Below, piece by piece: positions 28,901 through 37,347 of a stretch of 64,000 nucleotides of DNA. This DNA comes from Chitinophagales bacterium (lineage in GTDB: Bacteria; Bacteroidota; Bacteroidia; Chitinophagales; CAIODY01): positions 65,816-129,815 of the forward strand of contig JAPJNH010000051.1 of the NCBI GenBank assembly GCA_026461075.1. The letters are read 5' to 3'. The notes beneath the pieces are model-generated. The model was not told the origin of the DNA, ran no database searches, and was given only the letters and a program-made list of their open reading frames with translations. Within the stretch, counting starts at the first letter, position 1. Each line of letters opens with the position of its first letter. A program made the position numbers and the translations under genes.

Positions 28901-31900
28901 TCATCGTTCTTCCATTAGAATAATTCGCGTTGAACGGTGTTATGGTAGTTGTCAGATTATTACCTGCCCCTACAGTTACAGTTGTTGGAGCCGAAGCACA
29001 GTTATTCATTGTACTTAATCCACAAGGTACCGCGTTTACAGGTACTGGACCTGTAGCTGAAGCTGTCAAGCTAACCCCTTGGTTATTTCCACAGAACGTA
29101 GTATCCGCGCCGGCAGAAATTGTATTCTTCTGCATTTGGTAAACAGTGAAATTCTTGATCGTTTGACAACCTCCGTCATCCCCTGTAAGCGTATACGTTG
29201 TAGTTGTTAATGGAGAAACAAAAATGGAATCATTATGAGAAATAAAACCTGGAGGATTTGAGGTCCATGTCCATGTAGTTGTTGCTGTTGCTTTTCCACT
29301 ACATCCTTTAATGAATACATCTGGGCGTTCTGTGATTGTTGCTGGCAAAAATCCATTACCCGTTTGACCATAGTTAGGATCACAACCATTATAACTATCC
29401 GAATAAGCGTAAGCACATAAGTTAGCTGTAGCAGGTAAGCCTGCAGCTGCAGATATTGTAGCATTTGTAGTCTTAGCAACACGGTCATCAGAAGTCCAAC
29501 AGCTACTACCTGCATCATAACAAGTTTGAATCAAAAGGTTTGAAACTCCATCCCAAGCATACGGTGTTTGTAAAACGAAGGTGTTCATACCTGCTGTCGT
29601 ACTGTATGCAGTGGTGGTATAAACTTGCGTTAACGGAGTTGTTAAGTCCATTGCAACACCGCCTGTATAGATATCTGTATAAGGAACACATGCCATTGAA
29701 ATAGTAAACCCTGCAAATTGTCCATTTGCAGAACATGCTGGAATAGTACTTGCCTTATTTACAATATCCCATGCAACTTCAGAAATTGGTCCACCTTGGA
29801 ATCCTAAAGCTTGCAATTCAGAAGCTAAAATCAACATTTGACATTTAGATTCAGTGTAGAAACCGCGGAATGGTGTAGGTAAGTTTGCGGTAGTACCGCT
29901 GTTATTACCTGCTGCGTAAACAGAACCTCCTGCACAACTGATAGGTGATGGTCCACATACGGAAGGCGATGTCATAATGGCAATAGTATCGATCACCAAA
30001 TTACCGAATGGATCACGTAAACAGATGGTATCATTACCCATTACAAACAAAGAAGGATATTGACCTTTTACTAAAATAGGGATATCAATATTCGACCAAC
30101 AGGTAGTATCACCAGGAGGAGGTATGGCCGTAAAGCGAATATTGTGCGGCCCATTGCAATTGTACTTCAACTTGATTGGACCAGGTCCAATAAGATTTCC
30201 ACTCATTACGGTATAGCACGAGTCGAGTGTATAGAAATAATTAAAGTTAGGCTTTACTGTTCCTGTAAAATTCACAATGATCGAATCTGTCGGTCCACAT
30301 ACCGTATCTTGCGATACAAACATTGGTAATGGAGGCATCGGCTGGTTGATATGAATGGTTTTATAAACCGTATCAGATACACAACTAATATTAGATTGAA
30401 CAATTAAGGTAATCGTATAATTACCCATTTGATAATAAATATGCTGCGGATTCTGGGTAACGGTATCTATGTTAGGGTTATTAACCGTAGCATTCGGATC
30501 ACCGAAATTCCACTGCCAATGATTGATGAAAGTTCCCGCTGTTAGAGAGTAGGAAGAGTCGACAAACTGTACAATAGAACCAGCGCAGTAATTGGAAGGA
30601 TAGAAGAAATTAGCTACCGGCTTAGGTTGTGCAGTTAACAATGTATAAATAGTATCAGGACAACCAAATCCTGGGTAAGGGAATACCGCCAACGCATAAG
30701 TAGTAGGTTGAGTTGGCGCTGGATTCAATGTTAAATTCACATTGGTACCTAATATGGTAGTACAAGTTCCATCATACCAAACATAGCTTTGATAACCCGG
30801 AGGGCCATTCAAACCTGCGGTAGAAGATCCTGGACAATATCCTTGTACAATAGCAGAGATGGAACATCCTACGCCTACATCGACGTAACCATAACCCCAG
30901 TGACCACTAAAAGAACAGTCAAAAGTGGTGAATTCAAGCGCAACAGTACGTCCACTTAGACCATTCAATCCAATATTTTGTTGCGACCACGATTTATAGT
31001 GAACGGTAGGATCCAATGTAGAAGTTCCCCAACCTGGCATACTTGAACTTGCTGTATAGGCGAAAGTCGCACATGCAATGGAACTTCCTGGACCTAATAT
31101 ACTATCATAAACTTTTACAGTCACACCAGGCTGATCCGTTGCACCATGACTCGCATCCTGCAATACAGCAGCCCAGTTATAAACGATATTATAGTTGTTA
31201 TTTCCTGGCGGGATTCGAATATAATAAATAACGCGATCAGCTTGTGCTCCTACGTTATCATCCCCTACACGACAAGAGAAATTACCTCCACCAAAAACAG
31301 TAGGGCAAACTACAGGAAACAATCCATAAGGGTCTAAATTAACAGGAGCGGATGTTGGACTAGCTAATGCTGGATTCGGAAATCCAGAAGGCGTAATTTG
31401 AAAACGTGTTCCAGTAGCTGCAACGGTTGGAACAACAGCCGCCGCACCAAACGTTGGGGCTGTACCAGGATAAGTTCCTGTAAAACATTTCCAATTGGTA
31501 AAATTACCATATTCGAAATCAATATTAAGCGGACAACAAACTTGCGGTATAATACGCACGCAATAAGTTGGGCTCGAACAACCTGAAGGTGCCGTCTGAT
31601 AAACACAATAATTACCCGCATCATTGGGGCCAATACCTGTAATAGTATCTGCGTTTTGTGAACTATTCACACCATTTGTACTGTTCGCATTCCAATGAAT
31701 CGTATAGCCTGGTCCCGTTGGAGTTGCAGAGAAAATAAAGTCGCTACTATAACACGGACGCAAAGTATCTTTCACCACACCATTCAATACCATGTGCGGT
31801 ACACCTCCTACCAAGGTCGTAGACAATCCATTGAAAGATATTGTAGTTGGATATGCTGCCGGACCAGCACCTACAGAAATAATCAGTAAGGCGGTATCGC

Positions 31901-32231
31901 ACATAACAGGAACACCATTATCACATACTTTATAGGCTAAAGTATCGACACCGCAAAAGCCGCTATTAGGCGTATAAGAAATCGTTCCGTTGTTAATATT
32001 AACAGCAGTAACTAAACCATGCTTTGGCGTAATGATAACCACTGCATTCAATGTTAATGTTTGTCCGACGTCGGGATCAACGTCGTTTAAAATAACATTG
32101 GTAGTCACACCAGTATTAGCCGCAGTAGTAGCAGCATCATTTGCAGCAACCGGAGGGTTGTTTGCATATGCGCTTTGTAATGCAAAGAATGCCATTACAA
32201 AGAATACGGTTATTTTTACTATTTTTTTCAT
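25902..32231 (-). CDS. Giant T9SS type B cargo (2109 aa): cadherin-like + Ig-like + module A + PKD + 2x module B + PKD-like repeats + type B CTD
   Basis: Signal peptide MKKIVKITVFFVMAFFALQSAYA. NDVDPD cadherin-like domain. WNFGDP PKD domain. C-terminus VYNRWGQLMF...GWDGKFRG...GDVTLVR. Confidence 0.85.
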   Translation of the reverse strand: MKKIVKITVFFVMAFFALQSAYANNPPVAANDAATTAANTGVTTNVILNDVDPDVGQTLTLNAVVIITPKHGLVTAVNINNGTISYTPNSGFCGVDTLAYKVCDNGVPVMCDTALLIISVGAGPAAYPTTISFNGLSTTLVGGVPHMVLNGVVKDTLRPCYSSDFIFSATPTGPGYTIHWNANSTNGVNSSQNADTITGIGPNDAGNYCVYQTAPSGCSSPTYCVRIIPQVCCPLNIDFEYGNFTNWKCFTGTYPGTAPTFGAAAVVPTVAATGTRFQITPSGFPNPALASPTSAPVNLDPYGLFPVVCPTVFGGGNFSCRVGDDNVGAQADRVIYYIRIPPGNNNYNIVYNWAAVLQDASHGATDQPGVTVKVYDSILGPGSSIACATFAYTASSSMPGWGTSTLDPTVHYKSWSQQNIGLNGLSGRTVALEFTTFDCSFSGHWGYGYVDVGVGCSISAIVQGYCPGSSTAGLNGPPGYQSYVWYDGTCTTILGTNVNLTLNPAPTQPTTYALAVFPYPGFGCPDTIYTLLTAQPKPVANFFYPSNYCAGSIVQFVDSSYSLTAGTFINHWQWNFGDPNATVNNPNIDTVTQNPQHIYYQMGNYTITLIVQSNISCVSDTVYKTIHINQPMPPLPMFVSQDTVCGPTDSIIVNFTGTVKPNFNYFYTLDSCYTVMSGNLIGPGPIKLKYNCNGPHNIRFTAIPPPGDTTCWSNIDIPILVKGQYPSLFVMGNDTICLRDPFGNLVIDTIAIMTSPSVCGPSPISCAGGSVYAAGNNSGTTANLPTPFRGFYTESKCQMLILASELQALGFQGGPISEVAWDIVNKASTIPACSANGQFAGFTISMACVPYTDIYTGGVAMDLTTPLTQVYTTTAYSTTAGMNTFVLQTPYAWDGVSNLLIQTCYDAGSSCWTSDDRVAKTTNATISAAAGLPATANLCAYAYSDSYNGCDPNYGQTGNGFLPATITERPDVFIKGCSGKATATTTWTWTSNPPGFISHNDSIFVSPLTTTTYTLTGDDGGCQTIKNFTVYQMQKNTISAGADTTFCGNNQGVSLTASATGPVPVNAVPCGLSTMNNCASAPTTVTVGAGNNLTTTITPFNANYSNGRTMMRYTAASLQAAFGIAAGTPYKISSMAFNITTKNSYLPHYNMTIKVSCINKNLAMPTNFIGGLSTVYGPTNYTTTAGWNTFAFTNAYDWDGSSDLLVEICFGSAISSASDVVAKTAQAGNCVVWAGNIAGIAGCTQNAATPNTFGTSNLLPNARFTGCPIQINVGNYNFFWSSIPPSIIPNNTNATINVNPATTTTYVCQLMGSYCPLFDTVVVNVIGTINLQVRKDTSVCPGAVVPLWATGNNIPMTGWTWSTINGGALSGCSNCSTPNVTVFGPDSVIVTATQSGTGCSATDTITILQNLTPSADFIMSSPVCQGSPSTVTYTGSGTAAGTYNWNWNGGQVLSGSGQGPYQVFWNAGGIYTPHLVVNDFGCTSFPDSASVVVIPTLTSNFARNSPHCVGDSLKLTYTGTSATYPGLNYKWMDKGNNVVGTTKNLSLVMNAPGKYIIKLQTSVGPTNLCPSIVTVDSVIIYPNPVASMSTTPNAVCTGSPLTVAFNGTINTGVAPNPTPTIPVYTWGWNGGIANMINNTPTYDVTWNTVPSKISLVKKITLLVNQDGCYDSASVNVTIHPYPVAKISSNPALTCAGVPVTITSAGSTYQNAASCTFGYAFPNGSPLTATTKGPHSVTYMTTSGIKTEVAYLTITENGCTSNTDSVLITVYPIPTATFSYAPNPICSGQVVNFSYTGTTNPSSSGQVTYNWTFNNGSPNKATTAGPHNVRYFNSTSTQAHYPTTLVVTQDGCSSLPVTQNVDVNPLPTPTIIGPNDLCLDQTVGLAVSPNYVSYLWSDGSANDSLFVTGGADVFVFVTDANGCTDSTSHHITGHALPIADAGADQTIFVGNAAHLDGSGSIGGNAYLWSPAATLDNPTLMDPNATPSVDQDYVLTYYNASFGCMDMDTMHVTIRMCEALRIPNAFAPNSDVEADRTFRVLNPDDFYRLVRLEVYNRWGQLMFATNDKNSKGWDGKFRGVEQELGTYIYNVIAECGGGKLIYLKGDVTLVR

Positions 32232-32258
32232 ATGTATTTATTTCTCAGAATAATTTAA

Positions 32259-35200
32259 TTAACGTAACAAAGTAACACTACCCTCTTTTCTAACTATCTG
32301 TCCACCTTCACATTCAGCCTCTAGGTAGAAAGTATAGGCTCCTACTTCTTGATCAACTCCGTTAAACTTACCATCCCAACCTTGATCCATTTTGTTTTTA
32401 GAGCTATACACTTTTTGTCCCCAACGGTTAAACACTTCAAATCTCTTAAGACTAGTCAATTGCATTGCATTCGCGATAAAGAAGTGATCGTTCTTACCAT
32501 CACCATTTGGAGAGAATGCTTTCGGGATAAACACATTCGAACAGTTCGTAACGATAACAAGCATCGTGTCATATCCTATACAACCGTTCTGATCTGTTGC
32601 TTCCACAATATAGAATGTCGAAACAGCTGGTGTTGCTTGCGTATTAAGAATTGTTGCATTTGCTACAGTGGCAGCAGGTGTCCATGCGTAAATATAATTT
32701 GGCGTAGTAGCTCCACCGATATTGGCTGTATTACCAAGCACAATCATCGTATCAGGACCAGCATCTGGAGCTGGAGGAACGAGAACTGTAACAATAGCAG
32801 TACCTACTCCAGTACAACCGTTTGCAAGAGTACCGATAACAGAATATGAAGTCGTACTTGCTGGCCATACTTTGATAGCTGGTAAATTCGAATTCACATT
32901 ATTAATCCAATTATAACTATCCGCACCACTTGCCCATAGATATGCTGGACGACCCGGACAAATACTTGTATCACTATGAATAATCACAGTAGGAACAGGC
33001 AATATTGTAATCGGACTTGTAACAGGCGTAGATACGCAACCATTCTGAGATACAGTCAAGGTAACATTATACGTTCCAGGATTATTCCAGATAACACCTA
33101 TCGGACCTGCACCTGAACCATACAATTGTGATGTCATATTGCTGAATGTCCATGCATGGTTAGCTCCTGGCACTACCCCTCCTCCGATATGTACGAAGCG
33201 AGCTGTGTCGAAAGCACATGTTGGAGACGTTACGGTAAAGTTCGCTGTCGGTGTTGGCACTACTTGAATCGTTTGTGTATTCGTAGCAGAAGTACATCCA
33301 TTCTCCGTAACTACTAATGAAACCGAAGCATTGAATATTGAATTAGAGTTGTTAACCCATGTTACACCATGAGGTCCAATACCTGACAATTGAACAGGAT
33401 TAGCATTACCTGTTGTATTCCAAACAAAACCAGCTGTGCTTGTAGCATTACCTGTATAGGTAACCGCAACTTGGTTTCCAGAACATATACTTGAGGCCAA
33501 ACTGAAATTATTCGTTGGAGTTAAGGTAACATTCACAGGAACGACTGTTGGTGCAGAAGTACAACCATTAGAGGTAACCGTTAAGCTTACATTCTTTATA
33601 CCTGCTGTTGACCAGTTCACAGTATATGGTCCAGCTCCTGGTCCACCACTCGGTACACCGCCATCCCAAGCCCAGATATAACTTGCGCCAGCACCCATAT
33701 TACCTGTATAGGTAATTGGCGTTGCCTGACCTGTACATGATTTTACAGGAGCAACAAAAGAGGAAGTAGGTGTTAAGTTTACAACTAAAGGAACGGTTGT
33801 TGTACTTGTACAGTTTCCATTGGTTACCGTTAGGGTCAAGTTCTTTGTACCTGCTGAACTCCACATCGCTTGATAAGGACCAGCGCCGCTTCCTGAGGCA
33901 ACGACAGCACCTTGTAAATTCCAATTGTAGTTATAGGCTGCATTTGCAGTTCCTGTGTAGGAAATTATTGCATTTGAGCCGGTACAAACTGGGTTAGGAA
34001 TAATAGAAAATCCAGAAGTCGGTGTTTGATTAACAATCACAGGAATTGTGATGGAATCCAAACATGATCCAGAATTGACAATTAATTTCACATTTTTAGT
34101 ACCCGCTGTAGCCCACGTGATAGTGTAAGGTCCAAAACTGGATCCACTTACTACTGTACCACCATTCCAATTCCAAGTGGCCGTTGAACCTACAGGATTA
34201 ACTCCTGTAAAGGTAACCGTTGCATTTGCACCAGAACATACTGGATTAGGATTCACAGTGAAGTTAGCTGTAGGAACAGGAGTCACAGATATCACAATGT
34301 TATCCGTAACATTACAACCAGAGTACCCACTTGCTGAAACTTGATAGGTAGTGGTTATTGAGGGAGAAACTGCAGGATTCATCTGAAACGAAGTAAATCC
34401 AGCAGGAGTTGAAGTCCAGTTATAATTGAAAGGACCAGTACCAGTTGTAGTAGGGTTTAACGTATAAATTGAACCTTTACAAATAGTGGCATTATTACCA
34501 GCATTAATAGAAGTTGTATTATCAATGTAAATAGTTTTAGTCGTGGTTGTTTGACAACCATTACCATCATCAACCGTTACAGAATAAGTAGTATTAACAG
34601 TAGGTGAAGCCACTGGATTATTCACAGAGGCAGAGGATAAAGTTGCAGTCGGCGTCCAAACATAAGTTGCTGTATTCAAGTTTGAAATACAAGTAATCAA
34701 CGTAACTGAAGGACGATTGAACGAAGTAGTGAAGATAGTCCCTGTAGTAAGGTTACAACCACTTGAACCAACACCTGATTGAAGTGCATAGACACAAGAG
34801 CTGAATGCAGTAGCTGTTTGTGCAACAACATCATCCATATTGGCAGAAGAATTGTCGAAGCAGAATTCTAGTACTAAATTACTTGTTCCATCCCAGTTAT
34901 AAGGTGTCTGGAAATTAAAGGTATTGGTACCATTTACTGTATTGTAAATGGCGTTAGTATACACCAAGCTTAAACCTCCGATAAAGGATGCAGCACTATA
35001 TTGAGAGGATGCAGTGCAACCCATAGAAATCTTAAAATTACGGATAGGGTTTGTGCTACTCTTGCTCGTTACATTGAAACTTATTCCAGACAATTGACCA
35101 GCACTAAAGCCTGCATTTACGAGCTCTGATGCACGAATAATCATCTGCATTCTGCCATCAGAATAAGATTGAGAGAACGGACCAGGATAAGTTGAAATAT

Positions 35201-36893
35201 TTAATCCACCTGCACCAATTATACTATTATTGGGTACGCCATTACAAGCTACATTGGTTGGTCCGCATGTGGTTGGAATAACAGAAACCGATAATTGGGT
35301 ATTTGCATTCGGACAAATCGTGTCATCCGTTACATTAATATGCGCATCAGGAGCCACACCAACAATATTTACCACCACGCTATCTGTAAAGCTACAGCCT
35401 AGGACAGGATTGGTAATGGTATAATAGTAAGTAGTGGTCGCTGTTGGGGTTACTATAGCAAACTGTTGCGTAGTATCTACAATGCCGTTTGCAGGCCAAT
35501 TCAATCCATTATTGGTAGTCCATGCTATAGAATAGTTTGGATTTGGCGGCGAAACAGGATTCATGGTAGTACTCGTATTCAAACATATACTTTGATCAGG
35601 ACCAGCATTCGGATATACCGGAGGTTGAGCCACGTTCAAAATGGTGAATAAGGCCGTATCGGATACACAGGATATACTAGATGTTACGATCAACTGTACT
35701 TGGAAGAAGCCTGTGTCAGAGAAGATATGAACTGGATTTTGTTGTGTACTATAATTATTTGCACCAGTGTTTGGGTCACCGAAATCCCAATGCCAAGAGT
35801 TAATATAAGCAAATGGGAAGTTAGTATAAGAAGAGTCTGTAAATTGTACCGGACTATTCGCACAAATTTGCTGGTTAGTTGTGAAAAAAGCTGTTGGCAA
35901 TGGCGCTACTTTTAAGGTATCGACCAATGTATCATTACAGGAAGCACCACCTGGAGGTGTTACTACGCAAGCATAAGGTGTATTAGCTGCCGGAGCAGTA
36001 ATTACTACTGAATCGAAGTTCCCAATATTGGTCCAACCCGGTAATTGATACCAAGAGTAATTTGAAAAGCCTGGAGGGCCATATAAGGTAGCAGAACTTT
36101 GGCCAGGACAATAACCTGTGCTGATACGGAAAGGATTACAACCACCAGGAATATCTACATAAGAATATCCATAGTGACCTCCGAATGAACAGTCTCCTGT
36201 TGCGAATTCCAAGATAACTAGGTGACCATTTAAAGCGGCTAAGTTTACTGAAACAGGTATCCAATTAGAACAATATACCTGATTATTACTTGGTGAAACG
36301 AACCAGAACGGCGGCATGTTAGTACTGCTCGATGGCGAAGGGATATTGTAAGAAGGACAAGGTACTACAACTGGAGTTGTATAAGGTGCTGTAATTGGAC
36401 CCGCATCGTATACGGTAAATACAACACGCGGTTGATCTGTTGCTGCGTGACCACCAGAGTTTAGAACGGCTGCATAACGATAAATCAAGGTAGAGTTATT
36501 CGTACTGACAGGAAACTGAATACGAACTTTTTCAGATTCAGAACCTGTGTTTGAATTCCCTAATTTGAGTGAATGTAGGTTAACAATCGGCGGTTGAACA
36601 GGGCATACACAAGGGAATCCACAAGAAGCGTCATTACCCCAAGTAGCATCTGTTACTTCGATACGGCCAGGAATTTGAAAATTAACACCTTGAAATGAAC
36701 ATGCGTTGATTGGGCAACAACCTAAACCTGTACAGCCGTTATTGATAAAAGACTGCCACTGAGACATGTCGCCTAATTCAAACCCGATATTTGGCGGACA
36801 CACTTGTGAGAAGGCTTTTGGAGCTTCCAAAAGCATGAGCAATACTAAAATTCTTAAGCTCAGTTTAAAAATACTTTTCATTTGCAAGTTCAT
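32259..36893 (-). CDS. Giant T9SS type B cargo (1544 aa): module A + PKD + module B + 5 tandem PKD-like repeats + type B CTD
   Basis: Signal peptide (an alternative start at M5, 36881, is possible). WDFGDP PKD domain. C-terminus FSPNGDGKNDHF...VFNRWGQKVY...GWDGKFNG...GSVTLLR. Confidence 0.85.
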   Translation of the reverse strand: MNLQMKSIFKLSLRILVLLMLLEAPKAFSQVCPPNIGFELGDMSQWQSFINNGCTGLGCCPINACSFQGVNFQIPGRIEVTDATWGNDASCGFPCVCPVQPPIVNLHSLKLGNSNTGSESEKVRIQFPVSTNNSTLIYRYAAVLNSGGHAATDQPRVVFTVYDAGPITAPYTTPVVVPCPSYNIPSPSSSTNMPPFWFVSPSNNQVYCSNWIPVSVNLAALNGHLVILEFATGDCSFGGHYGYSYVDIPGGCNPFRISTGYCPGQSSATLYGPPGFSNYSWYQLPGWTNIGNFDSVVITAPAANTPYACVVTPPGGASCNDTLVDTLKVAPLPTAFFTTNQQICANSPVQFTDSSYTNFPFAYINSWHWDFGDPNTGANNYSTQQNPVHIFSDTGFFQVQLIVTSSISCVSDTALFTILNVAQPPVYPNAGPDQSICLNTSTTMNPVSPPNPNYSIAWTTNNGLNWPANGIVDTTQQFAIVTPTATTTYYYTITNPVLGCSFTDSVVVNIVGVAPDAHINVTDDTICPNANTQLSVSVIPTTCGPTNVACNGVPNNSIIGAGGLNISTYPGPFSQSYSDGRMQMIIRASELVNAGFSAGQLSGISFNVTSKSSTNPIRNFKISMGCTASSQYSAASFIGGLSLVYTNAIYNTVNGTNTFNFQTPYNWDGTSNLVLEFCFDNSSANMDDVVAQTATAFSSCVYALQSGVGSSGCNLTTGTIFTTSFNRPSVTLITCISNLNTATYVWTPTATLSSASVNNPVASPTVNTTYSVTVDDGNGCQTTTTKTIYIDNTTSINAGNNATICKGSIYTLNPTTTGTGPFNYNWTSTPAGFTSFQMNPAVSPSITTTYQVSASGYSGCNVTDNIVISVTPVPTANFTVNPNPVCSGANATVTFTGVNPVGSTATWNWNGGTVVSGSSFGPYTITWATAGTKNVKLIVNSGSCLDSITIPVIVNQTPTSGFSIIPNPVCTGSNAIISYTGTANAAYNYNWNLQGAVVASGSGAGPYQAMWSSAGTKNLTLTVTNGNCTSTTTVPLVVNLTPTSSFVAPVKSCTGQATPITYTGNMGAGASYIWAWDGGVPSGGPGAGPYTVNWSTAGIKNVSLTVTSNGCTSAPTVVPVNVTLTPTNNFSLASSICSGNQVAVTYTGNATSTAGFVWNTTGNANPVQLSGIGPHGVTWVNNSNSIFNASVSLVVTENGCTSATNTQTIQVVPTPTANFTVTSPTCAFDTARFVHIGGGVVPGANHAWTFSNMTSQLYGSGAGPIGVIWNNPGTYNVTLTVSQNGCVSTPVTSPITILPVPTVIIHSDTSICPGRPAYLWASGADSYNWINNVNSNLPAIKVWPASTTSYSVIGTLANGCTGVGTAIVTVLVPPAPDAGPDTMIVLGNTANIGGATTPNYIYAWTPAATVANATILNTQATPAVSTFYIVEATDQNGCIGYDTMLVIVTNCSNVFIPKAFSPNGDGKNDHFFIANAMQLTSLKRFEVFNRWGQKVYSSKNKMDQGWDGKFNGVDQEVGAYTFYLEAECEGGQIVRKEGSVTLLR
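32997..34283 (-). repeat. Five tandem ~85-aa non-canonical PKD-like repeats (protein-level, diverged)
   Basis: Unit P.PT..F.....VC.G.....YTG....Y.WNW.GG...GSG.GPY...W...G.K...L.V...GC.S......V (aa 871-1299). Confidence 0.6.
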
Positions 36894-36942
36894 TAATTTA
36901 GGGTAGTTTCTGTTTTCAATTTCAAGGATGCAACTCGGCTAA

Positions 36943-37320
36943 TTAGCGCTTATAGTTTACCAAAACCCAATTGTTATCTGCCATTACTTTTTCCAATTCA
37001 GGACTAGTTAATAAATCAACGGTATCATCAAAAACAAGAACTACGCGACGAGAGTTAGGAACCTCTGTAGCTAATGGCATCATAGATTGAAAGCCTTTAA
37101 TTTTCTGAAAATACTCATTTACTTTGGTTAGGTTCAACATGTCAGTTGCGGTCAACGTTTCAAACACAACAATACGACGATGCGCAACAGGATTATAGGA
37201 TTGGTCAATCACCTGAATAGCAACACGCTTAGTAGTTGCAGCAGCTTTTTGTGTCGTTTGTGCCATGCTCAAATTTGCAAGACCTAACAAAACCATAACG
37301 GAGAAAAGGATACGTTTCAT
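36943..37320 (-). CDS. Small secreted hypothetical protein nested between the paralogous giants
   Basis: 125 aa. Signal peptide MKRILFSVMVLLGLANLSMAQ. Gaps of only 27 and 49 nt to the flanking genes. No recognisable family. Confidence 0.6.
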   Translation of the reverse strand: MKRILFSVMVLLGLANLSMAQTTQKAAATTKRVAIQVIDQSYNPVAHRRIVVFETLTATDMLNLTKVNEYFQKIKGFQSMMPLATEVPNSRRVVLVFDDTVDLLTSPELEKVMADNNWVLVNYKR

Positions 37321-37347
37321 ATTTGTGAGTTTGAATTTTTGTATTAA

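Noticed and set aside
26297-36000. Numerous 60-166-aa ORFs antisense to, or out of frame within, the giant cargo genes (e.g. 32349-32849, 27328-27648, 28012-28293, 29207-29518, 31364-31633).
   Set aside because: Each lies entirely inside a long, well-supported ORF with clear domain structure. Their products are low-complexity or Cys/Arg-rich with no signal or motif. Such shadow ORFs are expected from the biased Thr/Gly/Asn/Pro codon content of the sense frames.
36943-37320. Reading the 125-aa protein as an immunity protein of a polymorphic-toxin locus.
   Set aside because: The flanking giant proteins end in T9SS type B sorting domains, not variable toxin domains. The small protein also carries a signal peptide, so the toxin-immunity architecture is not supported.
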